NCBI GenBank assembly: GCA_963807635.1
Contig: CAWEDJ010000016.1
Span: 21,199-85,198 of the forward strand
Direction: 5' to 3'
DNA length: 64,000 nucleotides
Origin: an uncultured cyanobacterium
GTDB taxonomy: Bacteria > Cyanobacteriota > Cyanobacteriia > Cyanobacteriales > Microcystaceae
Shown here piece by piece: positions 1 through 11,147 of this stretch; position 1 is the stretch's first letter; each line of letters starts with the position of its first letter. The notes beneath the pieces are model-generated. The model had not been told where the DNA came from and made no database searches. It saw only the letters and a program-made list of their open reading frames with translations. Both the position numbers and the translations under genes were made by a program.

Positions 1-957
1 ATAGCGGTTTAATCGCTAAATTAATAATCCCGTCTCCCTGATTCACCAAGGGATTTTGAGTATGTCCAATGACAATTCCTGCTTGGGGCGATCGCACTTT
101 AACATTGGTATCCCCAAAGGTATCCGTAATAAAACCCAATAATCCTCGTTTTTCTACTGGGTGTCCGAGCTTAACCTGTAAATGAAAAATCCCACTAATC
201 GGTGCCCGAACCCATTTGGTTTCTCGGACTTCGATGGAGTTTGTTTGGGAAGAAAAGAAAGGGTTTTCATACATTTCTAGGGTCGCCATCACTCGAAAAA
301 TTCCCTCTACACCGATGCGAATAGACTCCGTATCAAATCTCAACGCTTCCCCCGCTTCGTAGAGCAAAACGGGAATACCTTTTTTACTGGCAGATTGACG
401 CAGAGAACCGTCTCTAGTGTTGGCATGGAGGAGCAGGGGCGCACTAAAGGCTTTCGCACAACGATAGGTTTCGGGATCATCTAAATTGGCGCGAATTTGC
501 GGCAAATTAGTGCGGGGCTGTCCTGCTGTGTGTAGATCGATGCCATGAGTGCTGTGATTGACGATTTCTGTCATGAATAAATGGGCTAACCGTGAGGCCA
601 GTGATCCCTGCGGTGAGCCAGGAAAGCAACGGTTGAGGTCGCGGCGATCGGGTAAATAACGGGATTGTTCAATAAAACCAAAGACATTCACCACAGGAAC
701 GGCTAACAGGGTTCCCTTAAGTTTTTTCGGTTTAATGATGCCCAATACTTGACGAATAATGTCAACGCCGTTAATTTCATCGCCATGAATGGCCGCACTC
801 AGCCACAATCTTGGGCAGGTTCTGAACCATGTATAACAACAACGGGTAAGGAAATGAGGGTTTGGGTCGGTAAACGGGAGACGGGAATTTCGATTCGCCT
901 TCTTTGTCCTGGCGCGATCGCTTCTCCGCCAATGGTGATCCATTTTCCTGTTACCAT
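1..957 (-). CDS. Succinylglutamate desuccinylase/aspartoacylase family protein (M14-like); 1-nt frameshift near 816; runs to the window edge
   Basis: Manual translation across the shift gives MVTGKWITIGG...GSEP(G)PRLWLSAAIHGDEING...VPVVNVFGF...RRDLNRCFPG...GIDLHT...LYEAGE. Lies directly downstream of rimK, a common pairing. Confidence 0.88.
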
Positions 958-971
958 TTTTTTTGAATAAA

Positions 972-1874
972 TTAATATTGAATGCGATCGCAACTGGCCC
1001 CTGCGTCGGCGTGTTTAGTGACAAAATCAATAATCTTACCCGCCACATTCACCCCCGTTGCCGTTTCAATCCCTTCCAAACCAGGGGAAGAATTCACTTC
1101 CATAATGACAGGGCCATGATTAGAACGAAGCAAATCAACTCCCGCTACACTTAATCCCATTGCTTTAGCCGCTCTCAGGGCTGTACTGCGTTCTTCTGGC
1201 GTAATTTTAATTTTTTCGATGCTTCCCCCCCGATGGAGATTAGACCGAAAATCTCCTTTTCCTTGACGCTTCATCGAGGCGATCACCTTTCCCCCGACCA
1301 CAAAACAACGGATATCCATTCCCGCCGCTTCTGCAATAAATTCCTGTACCAAAATATTGGCTTCCAATTGACGAAAAGCTTCAATTACCGAACGAGCCGC
1401 TTGATGGGTTTCGGCTAAAACCACTCCAATTCCCTGGGTTCCTTCTAAAAGTTTAATGACGACGGGCGCACCACCGACGGTTTCGATTAATCCATCAATG
1501 TCTTGGGTGGCATGGGCAAACCCTGTAACGGGCAGACCTACCCCTTCTTTGGCCAAAATTTGTAAACAACGCAGTTTATCCCGCGATCGCGAAATAGCTT
1601 GGGATTCATTGGCACTAAAAACCCCCATGACCTCAAATTGTCGGACAACGGCTGTACCGTAAAAGGTTCTAGAAGCTCCAATTCGGGGAATAATGGCATC
1701 AAAATTTTCTAAAGCTTGTCCATTATAAAAAATCTTCGGTTTATGGGAGGTGATATTCATATAACAGCGCAAATAATTAACGACCCTGACTTCGTGGCCC
1801 GCCGCTTCCCCCGCTTCCTTGAGGCGTTTTGTCGAATAAAGTGAGGGACTTTGGGACAAAATTGCAATTTTCAT
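972..1874 (-). CDS. rimK: RimK family ATP-grasp alpha-L-glutamate ligase
   Basis: MKIAILS...[39 protein letters not shown] and [12 protein letters not shown] motifs. Confidence 0.95.
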   Translation of the reverse strand: MKIAILSQSPSLYSTKRLKEAGEAAGHEVRVVNYLRCYMNITSHKPKIFYNGQALENFDAIIPRIGASRTFYGTAVVRQFEVMGVFSANESQAISRSRDKLRCLQILAKEGVGLPVTGFAHATQDIDGLIETVGGAPVVIKLLEGTQGIGVVLAETHQAARSVIEAFRQLEANILVQEFIAEAAGMDIRCFVVGGKVIASMKRQGKGDFRSNLHRGGSIEKIKITPEERSTALRAAKAMGLSVAGVDLLRSNHGPVIMEVNSSPGLEGIETATGVNVAGKIIDFVTKHADAGASCDRIQY

Positions 1875-2025
1875 GGTTATTGTGAATTTTTAAAAATGAT
1901 TCGGGCATTTTATCTCGTTCAATATTAACAACAACCATCGGAAATCGTTGATTAAAAAAGAAGTTGTAATAAGCTGTTGCACATTAAAATAGGTTGCATA
2001 GTGATTTGTCTGAAAGCCCTGTAAC

Positions 2026-2045
2026 AAGAGGCTTAAGCCCCTTGC
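2026..2045. repeat. Short palindromic repeat CAAG(A/G)GGCTTAAGCCCCTTG, copy 1
   Basis: Near-perfect palindrome; a second copy lies at about 31800-31819. Confidence 0.7.
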
Positions 2046-2063
2046 CCGTATCCGTTTTAGAGA

Positions 2064-2663
2064 TTAAAGGGGAATTAATTCAGGAAAATTGAGTAACACT
2101 TGCTCATTGGTCAACTCATCGCCTAGTTGGGCGGGGGAAAAATGGACTTGAATCGCTTCGAGCTTGTGTTGATAGTGCAAATTAATCAGAGCCTTGAGAC
2201 TGTATTCCAAGGCTTCGCGATCCGCTAAATTCGCTTCTAAATCAGGGTTGTCCCCTGTAAAAGCAACGGTGAGCATAATCACAATATTGGAAGTGGTCGG
2301 TAAAGTTAGGGGAATTTCGGAATCAGGTAAGACTTCTCCACCCGTTTCTGCTAGATAACGCTGGGCCGAATCGGTGAACAATTCATTCACAAAATCCCCT
2401 GCTTCTCCTTCATCCCAGAAAATATCCCCTTCATTGGATGCCGATTCCCAATAAACATTCATTTGCAGTAAATTTTGGCAGATTTGGACTAAACCTTCCC
2501 CTGTGACTTCTAAATCACCCTCGGATTCAATGCTATCTCTTCCTGCTTGATTGAGAACTCCCAAAATCGGGGCAATTTCTTGACCGCGCAAATGAATAAA
2601 AATCCGAGAGACAACATAACGAGTTCGACCCGTCATTTGATTAAAGCGATCGCGTAATCCCAT
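2064..2663 (-). CDS. DUF1517-like conserved cyanobacterial protein
   Basis: 199 aa ORF; GRTRYVVSRIFIHL and L...E.L..FPELIPL C-terminus resemble DUF1517. Confidence 0.7.
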   Translation of the reverse strand: MGLRDRFNQMTGRTRYVVSRIFIHLRGQEIAPILGVLNQAGRDSIESEGDLEVTGEGLVQICQNLLQMNVYWESASNEGDIFWDEGEAGDFVNELFTDSAQRYLAETGGEVLPDSEIPLTLPTTSNIVIMLTVAFTGDNPDLEANLADREALEYSLKALINLHYQHKLEAIQVHFSPAQLGDELTNEQVLLNFPELIPL

Positions 2664-2692
2664 ATTTAGCTCCTATTATCAATAAAAACATC

Positions 2693-2813
2693 TAAGTAGA
2701 TGGGTTTTAAGACTTAATGGGATCCCCCCTGCCCCCCTTGATAAGGGGGGTGTCCGTAGGACGGGGGGATCAAGCGCAAAATTTATATTAGTTGAATTGT
2801 AACCAACTGCTTA
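2693..2813. mobile_element. MITE-like element with an internal GC-rich REP hairpin
   Basis: Terminal inverted repeats TAAGTAGATGG (2693) and CCAACTGCTTA (2813); nested hairpin GATCCCCCC..CCCCCCTTGATAAGGGGGG..GTCCGTAGGAC..GGGGGGATC at 2721-2771. Confidence 0.65.
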
Positions 2814-3395
2814 TTCTGAGACTAATTCACTATTAAATTCATTAAAAGTACGTTGTTTTAATTCAACGGATTCAGAACGGGGTAATAACTTAAATTCCTT
2901 TCTTAAAACATCATCAACTTCCTCAAATTTGACGACCCCTTTGCCATTAAAAAGAACTTTTTTATTGGCACTTAACACAACGGTCTGGGGAATAACCCCT
3001 TGATAATAATAACCAGGCTCATCGGGACGGTAGGAAGATTTTTGGGGAATAGAATCCACAATGATGGGAATAATGCTGGCGGCGCGGCCATAGAATTCTT
3101 GATAACGGGAAACAATAAAAGCGTATTCCTTGCAATCCCGACTATCATCCAGAAAATAGACGATAACGGCGGGAAGTTTGCGCTCAAAGGTTTCAGCGAT
3201 GGTTAAACGGGGCGGAACCAAGGAACCATTCCCTGCATAAACCACAAAAATATTGCCGTCTAAGCGGTCATCATCTACCCCCGCCTGGGCAGGTGTTGCG
3301 CTTAATAGCCAGAAACCCAGGCAAATCGCCACTAAAAAGGTGATAAAAGCTTTAAAAGAGAATAATCGAGCAAAATTTAGGCGATTCAAATTCAT
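2811..3395 (-). CDS. Thioredoxin-like thylakoid protein (Slr1796-like PSI accumulation factor)
   Basis: Signal/TM segment followed by DDDRLDGNIFVVYAGNGSLVPP; likely start MNLNRL at 3395. Confidence 0.75.
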   Translation of the reverse strand: MNLNRLNFARLFSFKAFITFLVAICLGFWLLSATPAQAGVDDDRLDGNIFVVYAGNGSLVPPRLTIAETFERKLPAVIVYFLDDSRDCKEYAFIVSRYQEFYGRAASIIPIIVDSIPQKSSYRPDEPGYYYQGVIPQTVVLSANKKVLFNGKGVVKFEEVDDVLRKEFKLLPRSESVELKQRTFNEFNSELVSE

Positions 3396-3470
3396 TGTCA
3401 ACTTCTGTAGGAATTTCGTTAAAATAATCAAAATTAAGGACGACTTAAGCACAAGGTTAATAAAAATTGG

Positions 3471-4019
3471 GTGACTCAAGAAAACGCAAACCAACAGTCA
3501 AAGACGCGATCAATTCCAACCCAAAGCCGATTGATCCATAGTCATTATGCTATTTTAGGGCTTCATCCGTCCGCTTCGGTCATCGAAATTCGACGGGCCT
3601 ATCGGGAATTGAGCAAAACCTATCACCCCGATACCACTACTTTACCTTCTGAGGTAGCGACTCGGAAGTTTCAGCGATTAAATGAAGCCTATGGCATTAT
3701 TAGTAATCCCGAACGGCGATCGCTGTATGATCTGCAAATTGGTTATTCACGCTGGAATGTGATCCAGATTCCGACGGATTTACAGCAGTCCAATCAAAAA
3801 ATTAATCAAGAAAACGAAAACTGGTCAAAATCAGCCTATTTAGATCCGAATGATCGCCCTCTGTCGGCAGGAGAGATTTTTTCCCTCTGTCTTTTGGCCC
3901 TGACCTTACTGGGTTGTTTAGGATTAGCCTTTTTAATCGCGTGGCTTAGAGGAGATTCAATGGCGATCGCCCCTAGTTTGGGTTTCTTGAAGATTGTGTT
4001 AATGCCCCAAATAGCTTAA
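3471..4019 (+). CDS. J-domain (DnaJ-like) membrane protein
   Basis: HYAILGL...IRRAYRELSKTYHPD J-domain plus a C-terminal TM helix. Confidence 0.9.
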   Translation: MTQENANQQSKTRSIPTQSRLIHSHYAILGLHPSASVIEIRRAYRELSKTYHPDTTTLPSEVATRKFQRLNEAYGIISNPERRSLYDLQIGYSRWNVIQIPTDLQQSNQKINQENENWSKSAYLDPNDRPLSAGEIFSLCLLALTLLGCLGLAFLIAWLRGDSMAIAPSLGFLKIVLMPQIA

Positions 4020-4063
4020 AATAACTTTCAAATAACCCTGCCTAGAGTTTTCGATTAGATGCT

Positions 4064-4336
4064 ATGGATTTTCCCCCTGATAATACTCCCCTCTACAATC
4101 ACCCCCTTTCAAGCATTGAAAACTGGCTTTTGGCGTTGGGCTGTCAACAGGATTTGCAAAATCGGCATTGTTGGTCGATTAAATACCCTGATTGGCAAGC
4201 AGAACTCAGTTTTGATATTGAAGAGTTGACGGTTCATTATTTACCGACGGAATCGGGGGAAAATGAGGTCAAGCGGACTTTTAAGTATTCCCTAAGTCGT
4301 CGGGATTTAGAAGATGCCATTTTTGCTGGCCCCTAA
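4064..4336 (+). CDS. DUF3143 family protein
   Basis: TPLYNHPL..IE.WL and FKYSLSR.D.E.AIFAGP; usual neighbour of this J-protein. Confidence 0.8.
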   Translation: MDFPPDNTPLYNHPLSSIENWLLALGCQQDLQNRHCWSIKYPDWQAELSFDIEELTVHYLPTESGENEVKRTFKYSLSRRDLEDAIFAGP

Positions 4337-4575
4337 GAGTTTTTTGGCATTATGAAGTTGAAATAAACTAAGTCCATCCTGTTAAGTTTATTAATGCTAG
4401 TTTAATCTCAGAATTCGTTGAGTTATATTAGACCTAGCCCTATGCGGTTAGGTTTTGTTTTAGTAAAAACTTTTGATGATTTATATAGAATAAATCAAAC
4501 AATTCAAACATTTATAGCAAATTATGTTGTGATGTTTGAATGAATTTTGCTGGATTTAGCAACTTATATCTTTAG

Positions 4576-4679
4576 AAGTTTGATCCCCCTGCCTACGGCA
4601 TCCCCCTTAAAAAGGGAGACTATTTTACTGATAGGAATTTAGTCTCCCTTATCAAGGGGGGTTGGGGGGATCAAAACTT
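4576..4679. repeat. REP-like compound hairpin, same family as 2721-2771
   Basis: AAGTTTGATCCCCC...GGGGGATCAAAACTT outer stem; inner AAGGGAGACTA/TAGTCTCCCTT and CCCTTATCAAGGG stems. Confidence 0.75.
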
Positions 4680-4777
4680 AAACACTTAGACAGAAGAACT
4701 TGTGTGTACACGTATTGTCAGTTCAATAGTAACCAGTTACTTAATAAATCCTTAGTTAATAATATTTTAATAAAACT

Positions 4778-7030
4778 ATGACAGAAATAATTGAATTTGA
4801 AGGCCGAAAATTTCTCTCTCTAGATTTCCTTCCCACTAGTACCTGGTTATGTCCCATTAATAATCAACATCCTATTCCTACTCTGACCTTAAAGAATGAT
4901 GATATTTTCTTTATCACAGATACTCTAGGGAATATAGAACACACAGACTGTTCTGATAATAGTGTGATGAAAAGTATGGGCTTATTTTGTCGAGATACCC
5001 GCTATCTTAATCATTTAACCTTACTGATTGATAAACAAGCGCCTGTTTTACTGAGTAGTACAGCCCAAAAAGGCTTTTTTCTGTCTATCCTAGCGACGAA
5101 TCCTAATTTAATAAATCTTGAATCAGGGGAAAAAATTGCGACGGAAACCATTAGTATTCAGCGTGAAATTGCCATTAAGGGAGGTTTATTTGAAGAAATA
5201 ACGCTTCATAATTACAATAGTTTTCCTGTGAGTTTCACCTTAAGTGTCAGCTTTGGAGCGGACTTTTTAGATATTTTTGATGTGCGGGGATTTGGCAGGG
5301 AAAGTCGAGGAAATCTTTTACAATTTTCGGGTTACTATATTAATGAATTAATTCACACTGAAAACCATCCCGAAATTATTCTTGCCTATCAGGGAAAAGA
5401 TGGCATTATTTTAGAGTCTAGAATCCAGTTTCATTCCCTATTACCCGATGCCATTGAAGATTATACAGCCATTTGGAATGTTCAGATAGAAGCCCGACAA
5501 CAAGTGACTTTAGGCTATAAAATTCAGTTTTATAATAATAATAAGCCTGCTTCTGTGGATAATATTCCGATTACGCTAATGCAGGCGAAAGGGGCGGAAA
5601 TCCTAGAATCTGAAGATTGGATCGATAAAATTACCAAAATAGAAACTGATAATAAAGCGATTAATCAGGTTATTCATCAGGCTGAACAGGATATTTATTT
5701 ACTCCGACAAACGATTGATGGTCGTAAGGTGATCGCGGCGGGGGTGCCTTGGTTTTCAACGTTATTTGGACGAGATTCCTTGATTGCATCTTCCCAAACC
5801 TTGTTATTAGACCCTTCTATTGCGCGGGATACTCTCTATGTCCTTGCCCACTATCAAGGAAAAAACGATAATGATTGGCGAGAGGAAGAGCCAGGCAAAA
5901 TCATGCACGAAATTCGCTTTGGTGAAATGGCCCGTTGTCAGGAAATTCCCCATACGCCCTATTACGGAACGGTTGATGCTACGCCCCTTTGGTTGATGCT
6001 TTATGCAGAGTATTATGCCTGGACAGGGGATGAAGATACCCTTAATGAGCTTTGGGATCATGCGTTGGCGGCGATGGACTGGTGCGATCGCAACCTCCAG
6101 GAAACAGGGTATTTGCGCTATTTTTCCCGTTCCTATCGGGGGCTAGGGAATCAGGGCTGGAAGGATTCAAGCAATTGTATTGTTAATGCCAAAGGTCAAA
6201 TTGCGGAAGGGGCGATCGCCTTAGTCGAGGTTCAGGGTTATGTCTATGCGGCCAAAATTCGGTTAGCAGAAATCGCTAATCACAAAAAATTGTATGAACT
6301 CGCCGCCATCTGGCAACAATCCGCCAGGGACTTAAAGGCCCGCTTTAATCGTGATTTTTGGTTAGCTGATCATGGATTTTGCGCCCTCGCCTTAGATGGT
6401 CAGGGAAAACCCGTTGATAGTATTACCTCAAATCCAGGCCATTGTCTCAGTTTGGGCATTTTAGACATCGAAAAAGCCTATAGTGTCGGCGATCGCCTCA
6501 AAGCTCCTGATATGTTTAGCGGTTGGGGAATTCGTACCCTCAGCAGTGATAATCCCGCCTATAATCCGATGGGTTATCATATCGGTTCGGTTTCGCCCCA
6601 CGACAACGGCATGATTGCCCAGGGTTTACGCAGTCTCGGTTTTGTCGATCAACCCCTAGAAATCGCCCAGGGTTTATTTGATATGACCATGACCCAACCC
6701 TATCAGCGTCCTCCCGAATTATTCTGTGGTCACGAACGAATTGGCGATAATTTACCCATTCAATATCCCGTTGCCTGTTCTCCCCAGGCCTGGGCTAGTG
6801 GGACAATTTTTCAATTGTTAACCATGATGCTGAATCTTGTTCCCGATGCCCAGGGAAATTACTTACGGGTGATTGATCCCGCTTTGTTACCATCAATTAA
6901 TCAGTTGTCTATTCAAAATTTACGGATTGGTAAAACCTATCTCAATCTAGAATTTGAACGTTCCAATGGAACAGTGGCTTGTCGAGTCACCAAAAAGCGC
7001 GGTAATTTACGGGTGGTAATCGAGGCTTAA
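4778..7030 (+). CDS. Amylo-alpha-1,6-glucosidase (glycogen debranching enzyme family)
   Basis: AGVPWFSTLFGRDSLI, EEPGKIMHE, YYGTVDATPLW, NQGWKDS and ACSPQAW motifs. Confidence 0.92.
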   Translation: MTEIIEFEGRKFLSLDFLPTSTWLCPINNQHPIPTLTLKNDDIFFITDTLGNIEHTDCSDNSVMKSMGLFCRDTRYLNHLTLLIDKQAPVLLSSTAQKGFFLSILATNPNLINLESGEKIATETISIQREIAIKGGLFEEITLHNYNSFPVSFTLSVSFGADFLDIFDVRGFGRESRGNLLQFSGYYINELIHTENHPEIILAYQGKDGIILESRIQFHSLLPDAIEDYTAIWNVQIEARQQVTLGYKIQFYNNNKPASVDNIPITLMQAKGAEILESEDWIDKITKIETDNKAINQVIHQAEQDIYLLRQTIDGRKVIAAGVPWFSTLFGRDSLIASSQTLLLDPSIARDTLYVLAHYQGKNDNDWREEEPGKIMHEIRFGEMARCQEIPHTPYYGTVDATPLWLMLYAEYYAWTGDEDTLNELWDHALAAMDWCDRNLQETGYLRYFSRSYRGLGNQGWKDSSNCIVNAKGQIAEGAIALVEVQGYVYAAKIRLAEIANHKKLYELAAIWQQSARDLKARFNRDFWLADHGFCALALDGQGKPVDSITSNPGHCLSLGILDIEKAYSVGDRLKAPDMFSGWGIRTLSSDNPAYNPMGYHIGSVSPHDNGMIAQGLRSLGFVDQPLEIAQGLFDMTMTQPYQRPPELFCGHERIGDNLPIQYPVACSPQAWASGTIFQLLTMMLNLVPDAQGNYLRVIDPALLPSINQLSIQNLRIGKTYLNLEFERSNGTVACRVTKKRGNLRVVIEA

Positions 7031-7184
7031 CGCTTGTGATATAAGCCTTAAAACTATTCGCGATCGCATGGAAAAATAGACAATAAAAAACAAACCTTAT
7101 TCAGGAAACTTTTTTAAGCTAAAATAGCTGTAGGTATTATCCAATGTCGCTAAATCTCACTTGAAACTTCAACTATATTCGTCA

Positions 7185-7385
7185 ATGAATCAAGAGAATC
7201 CCAAGAAAATTCAGATTCCTCGTAAAATTCTTTATGTAATTTTATTGATGATTTTTAGTTCTAGTAGCGTGGGATTAGTCGCCGACTTGGATAGTCTTTT
7301 TATTGTTGAATTTTCCACATTGATGCTGATTTTAGGCGGTGGATCTACCTTGATTTACCTTAGTTTTCATCGCCAGCGGCCTTGA
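7185..7385 (+). CDS. Small hypothetical two-TM membrane protein
   Basis: Two hydrophobic helices; ATG at 7185. Confidence 0.45.
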   Translation: MNQENPKKIQIPRKILYVILLMIFSSSSVGLVADLDSLFIVEFSTLMLILGGGSTLIYLSFHRQRP

Positions 7386-7439
7386 ATTAGATAATATTGA
7401 AAAATATCTAACTCAAGTATCTAGATATTTAGAAAAAAC

Positions 7440-7625
7440 CTAAACATCATCAATAGAAGAAAAAGCAACTTTAAAAAATAACCATAAATCACTCAGAAAG
7501 CTGCCCGATGATTTAGACTTTTTCACTGAGTTTTCCGACTCAGAAATGCTCGGTTCACCCGCGACAGGATTAACAAGAACAGAGTCGGTCATAGTAGAAC
7601 TGGGTAATGAATTTAGATTAAACAT
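7440..7625 (-). CDS. Small hypothetical protein
   Basis: 61 aa ORF with possible RBS (GAGGAAAG) upstream; no recognisable family. Confidence 0.4.
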   Translation of the reverse strand: MFNLNSLPSSTMTDSVLVNPVAGEPSISESENSVKKSKSSGSFLSDLWLFFKVAFSSIDDV

Positions 7626-8005
7626 TATTTTTATCTTTCCTCAAATCGTAAATTTAATTAATCAAATAGTAAAAAATGAGTTTGTCTTGAACTTTTCTTT
7701 TAATACTGCCATTTTCTCCAAGATACTCAACTTTTTCCTCCGTCAAAACACTGAATTAGACGGGTTCCAACAAAAACTTTTTACCGTAAAAACACTTAAG
7801 TATCGTCTGCCATCCCAGTATAACAATCTACGGATAGATCTACTGGCTTTAAAAGGAACAAAGTACAAAAAGCATACAGAGTGAAAAATAGACGAATGAA
7901 CAGAAATCTTAGCTAATTCGTTGATTTACCCCAATAATTAGTCTAATTACCAATAACAAGATCGCGATCGCATTTCAGAATTTCAAGCCACAAACAGCGA
8001 TCGCG

Positions 8006-8686
8006 CTATTTTAAAGCTGCAATTAGTAAATCAGCGACAGCCCCACCAGATGCTGGATTCTGCCCAGTAATAAGTCTCTGATCTTCAACAGCAAAAGCAG
8101 CCCAAGGCTCATCTGCTTTTTTGTAAATCGCCCCTCGTGCTACTAATTCGGTTTCTGTCAGGAAAGGAACAAATTGATCTAGTTCCGCTAGTTTCTCTTC
8201 CTCATTGGAAAAACCAGTAACTTCTTTATCTTTAACAAGCAACGATCCATTGGACAACTTGATATTCAACAAGCCTGCGGCACCATGACAGACCGAAGAG
8301 ACAAAACCACCCTTTTCATAAATTTTTTGACTGATGGATTGTAGTGTCTCATTTTCAGGAAAATCCCAGATCACCCCATGACCGCCAGTGTAATAGATCG
8401 CAACGTAGTCATCTGGATTCACTTCACTTGGTTTGAGTGTTGCACCAAGACGATTCATAAATTCTTTCTTCTGATACCATTCCCAATCAGTGGGATCTGC
8501 CATTTCAAGACTATGTGGATCAATGGGGGTATATCCACCTTCAGGGCTGACGTAATCAAGTTCATAACCAGCTTCTTCGACTTTCTTGACAAAGTGAACA
8601 GCCTCTCCAAGCCACAGACCAGTTGCTCGCTTCAGGTTTGGATACTTTTCAACACTGGTTAGAACGACAAGTATTTTCTTATTCAT
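8006..8686 (-). CDS. DJ-1/PfpI (Hsp31-like) class I glutamine amidotransferase-like protein
   Basis: KILVVLTS, TGLWLGE, GGHGVIWDF, VCHG nucleophile elbow and ITGQNPAS. Confidence 0.92.
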   Translation of the reverse strand: MNKKILVVLTSVEKYPNLKRATGLWLGEAVHFVKKVEEAGYELDYVSPEGGYTPIDPHSLEMADPTDWEWYQKKEFMNRLGATLKPSEVNPDDYVAIYYTGGHGVIWDFPENETLQSISQKIYEKGGFVSSVCHGAAGLLNIKLSNGSLLVKDKEVTGFSNEEEKLAELDQFVPFLTETELVARGAIYKKADEPWAAFAVEDQRLITGQNPASGGAVADLLIAALK

Positions 8687-8906
8687 GATGTCTTTTTCCT
8701 GCTTCACTTAGGCTTTATTAAGGTACTTAGATAGACAATAGCTCCAATATTTACCCAAGTAAAGTAGCTACCGTTTGGTAACTTGATGTCTATCAGGAAG
8801 CTACATTGATTGATGAGAGAGCTTGAATCTAGTCCCCTGGAAAAACTCCTATATCAAATCCCATAACAGTGGACGCTCTATATTTAACAAAGTATCTACG
8901 AGAGCA

Positions 8907-9035
8907 GCGATCGCACTCAATCATAAATCACAGGAAAGCGATCGCATTATTCAAAAACGATAAGACAGTGATCACAATTATCAATCACAAATAACAAAAC
9001 ATCGCATTTTCAAAAAAAACAAGATCGCGAGCGCA
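8907..9035. repeat. Array of five HIP1 or degenerate HIP1 units with about 30 bp period
   Basis: GCGATCGC 8907, GCGATCGC 8938, GTGATCAC 8968, AACATCGC 8998, GCGAGCGC 9027, separated by A-rich spacers. Confidence 0.7.
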
Positions 9036-9075
9036 CTCAGGGAGACTAGACGGCTTGTGAATGGCTTGGTATGAG

Positions 9076-9339
9076 CTATTTAGGGATTGTTTTTATCCGA
9101 GGTGGTAATGCGTCATTTTTCATCCATTCGCCATATTCTTCTTCTGACAATCCCATCCAATGTCTGATACTTACTCCCATCCCATCTAGACCCTGTTGAT
9201 AAGCAAGGAAAAAAGCACCTCTTGCCTCATCATCATTTTTAAAATGTCCGTTATTATACCAGTACCGTACTGGACTGACTTGGCCTATGTTTGAGCCTGT
9301 GTTAATTGATCGTTTTATTTCTGCTTGAGTAGCTTTCAT
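9076..9339 (-). CDS. Hypothetical protein
   Basis: 87 aa ORF with RBS GAGGG upstream; no family recognised. Confidence 0.55.
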   Translation of the reverse strand: MKATQAEIKRSINTGSNIGQVSPVRYWYNNGHFKNDDEARGAFFLAYQQGLDGMGVSIRHWMGLSEEEYGEWMKNDALPPRIKTIPK

Positions 9340-9687
9340 ATTTCCCTCACAAAGTTGATTTGATTATAAAGCTTACCACATTCATCGATTGATTCTTTAT
9401 AAGTCAAGCCGTATCATAGCAATTCTCAGTATGGCATTTGAGATACGCTTTATTAAGAAATTATGCAATCACGATCCCTGAAACTACTGAAGCTTCTTTG
9501 ACAGATTTTATTATTTCTAGGGTTATTGGTCAAAATGAGAATGGCTGGTAAGAGAAGCCAATTTTGTGAGTTAGGCTAACACATGATACCCCTAAGATAA
9601 TTTTAATACACTCATCTGCGAGATTCTTATTGGGGTCAGGAGTTGATCGCCCGTGTAGGGACTGAAGAGATGATCGCGAACAAATAG

Positions 9688-9942
9688 CTAACTCTCCTGA
9701 TTACCTCTAATTAAATAGCGAACTTCCTCAAGCAAAATATTAAACCTCTGATCATTTTCCGCCTGACGTTGTCTTACCAATTCTATCTCTTCGTCAAAAT
9801 GATCCATTCGGTTTTGGTTTTGAGCGGCAACCTGTAATAAAGCTTGAGCCGTTAACCTTAAACCATCCACACTATCTTTAATCTCAGTTACACTTGAAGC
9901 TAACTCATCAAGCATCTCGTCCGTCCAACGTTGTACTGTCAT
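9688..9942 (-). CDS. Small coiled-coil cyanobacterial hypothetical protein
   Basis: MTVQRWTDEMLDELA...RFNILLEEVRYL; RBS AGGTG upstream. Confidence 0.7.
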   Translation of the reverse strand: MTVQRWTDEMLDELASSVTEIKDSVDGLRLTAQALLQVAAQNQNRMDHFDEEIELVRQRQAENDQRFNILLEEVRYLIRGNQES

Positions 9943-10032
9943 AATTCTTCACCTATCACTCTAAACACTCCTTCCTTATTTTAAACCGTAAGCCTGCTAA
10001 ATAGAGAAAAATGACAAGAGGCGCAATCATCC

Positions 10033-10062
10033 TTGACAGGTTTTGGTAAAAAATACTATAAT
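10033..10062 (+). promoter_or_regulatory. Consensus sigma70 promoter overlapped by a putative NrtR operator
   Basis: TTGACA 10033-38, 18 nt spacer, TATAAT 10057-62; TTTTG-GT-N7-AC-TATAA (10041-10061) fits the NrtR GT-N7-AC palindrome upstream of NAD salvage genes. Confidence 0.75.
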
Positions 10063-10070
10063 TAAAATGA

Positions 10071-11126
<1,056 letters not shown>

Positions 11127-11147
11127 CTTTTTCGGAGATTTCTCACC

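Noticed and set aside
8907..9035. CRISPR array
   Set aside because: The repeated unit is only about 8-10 bp, spacers are about 22 nt, and no cas genes are present
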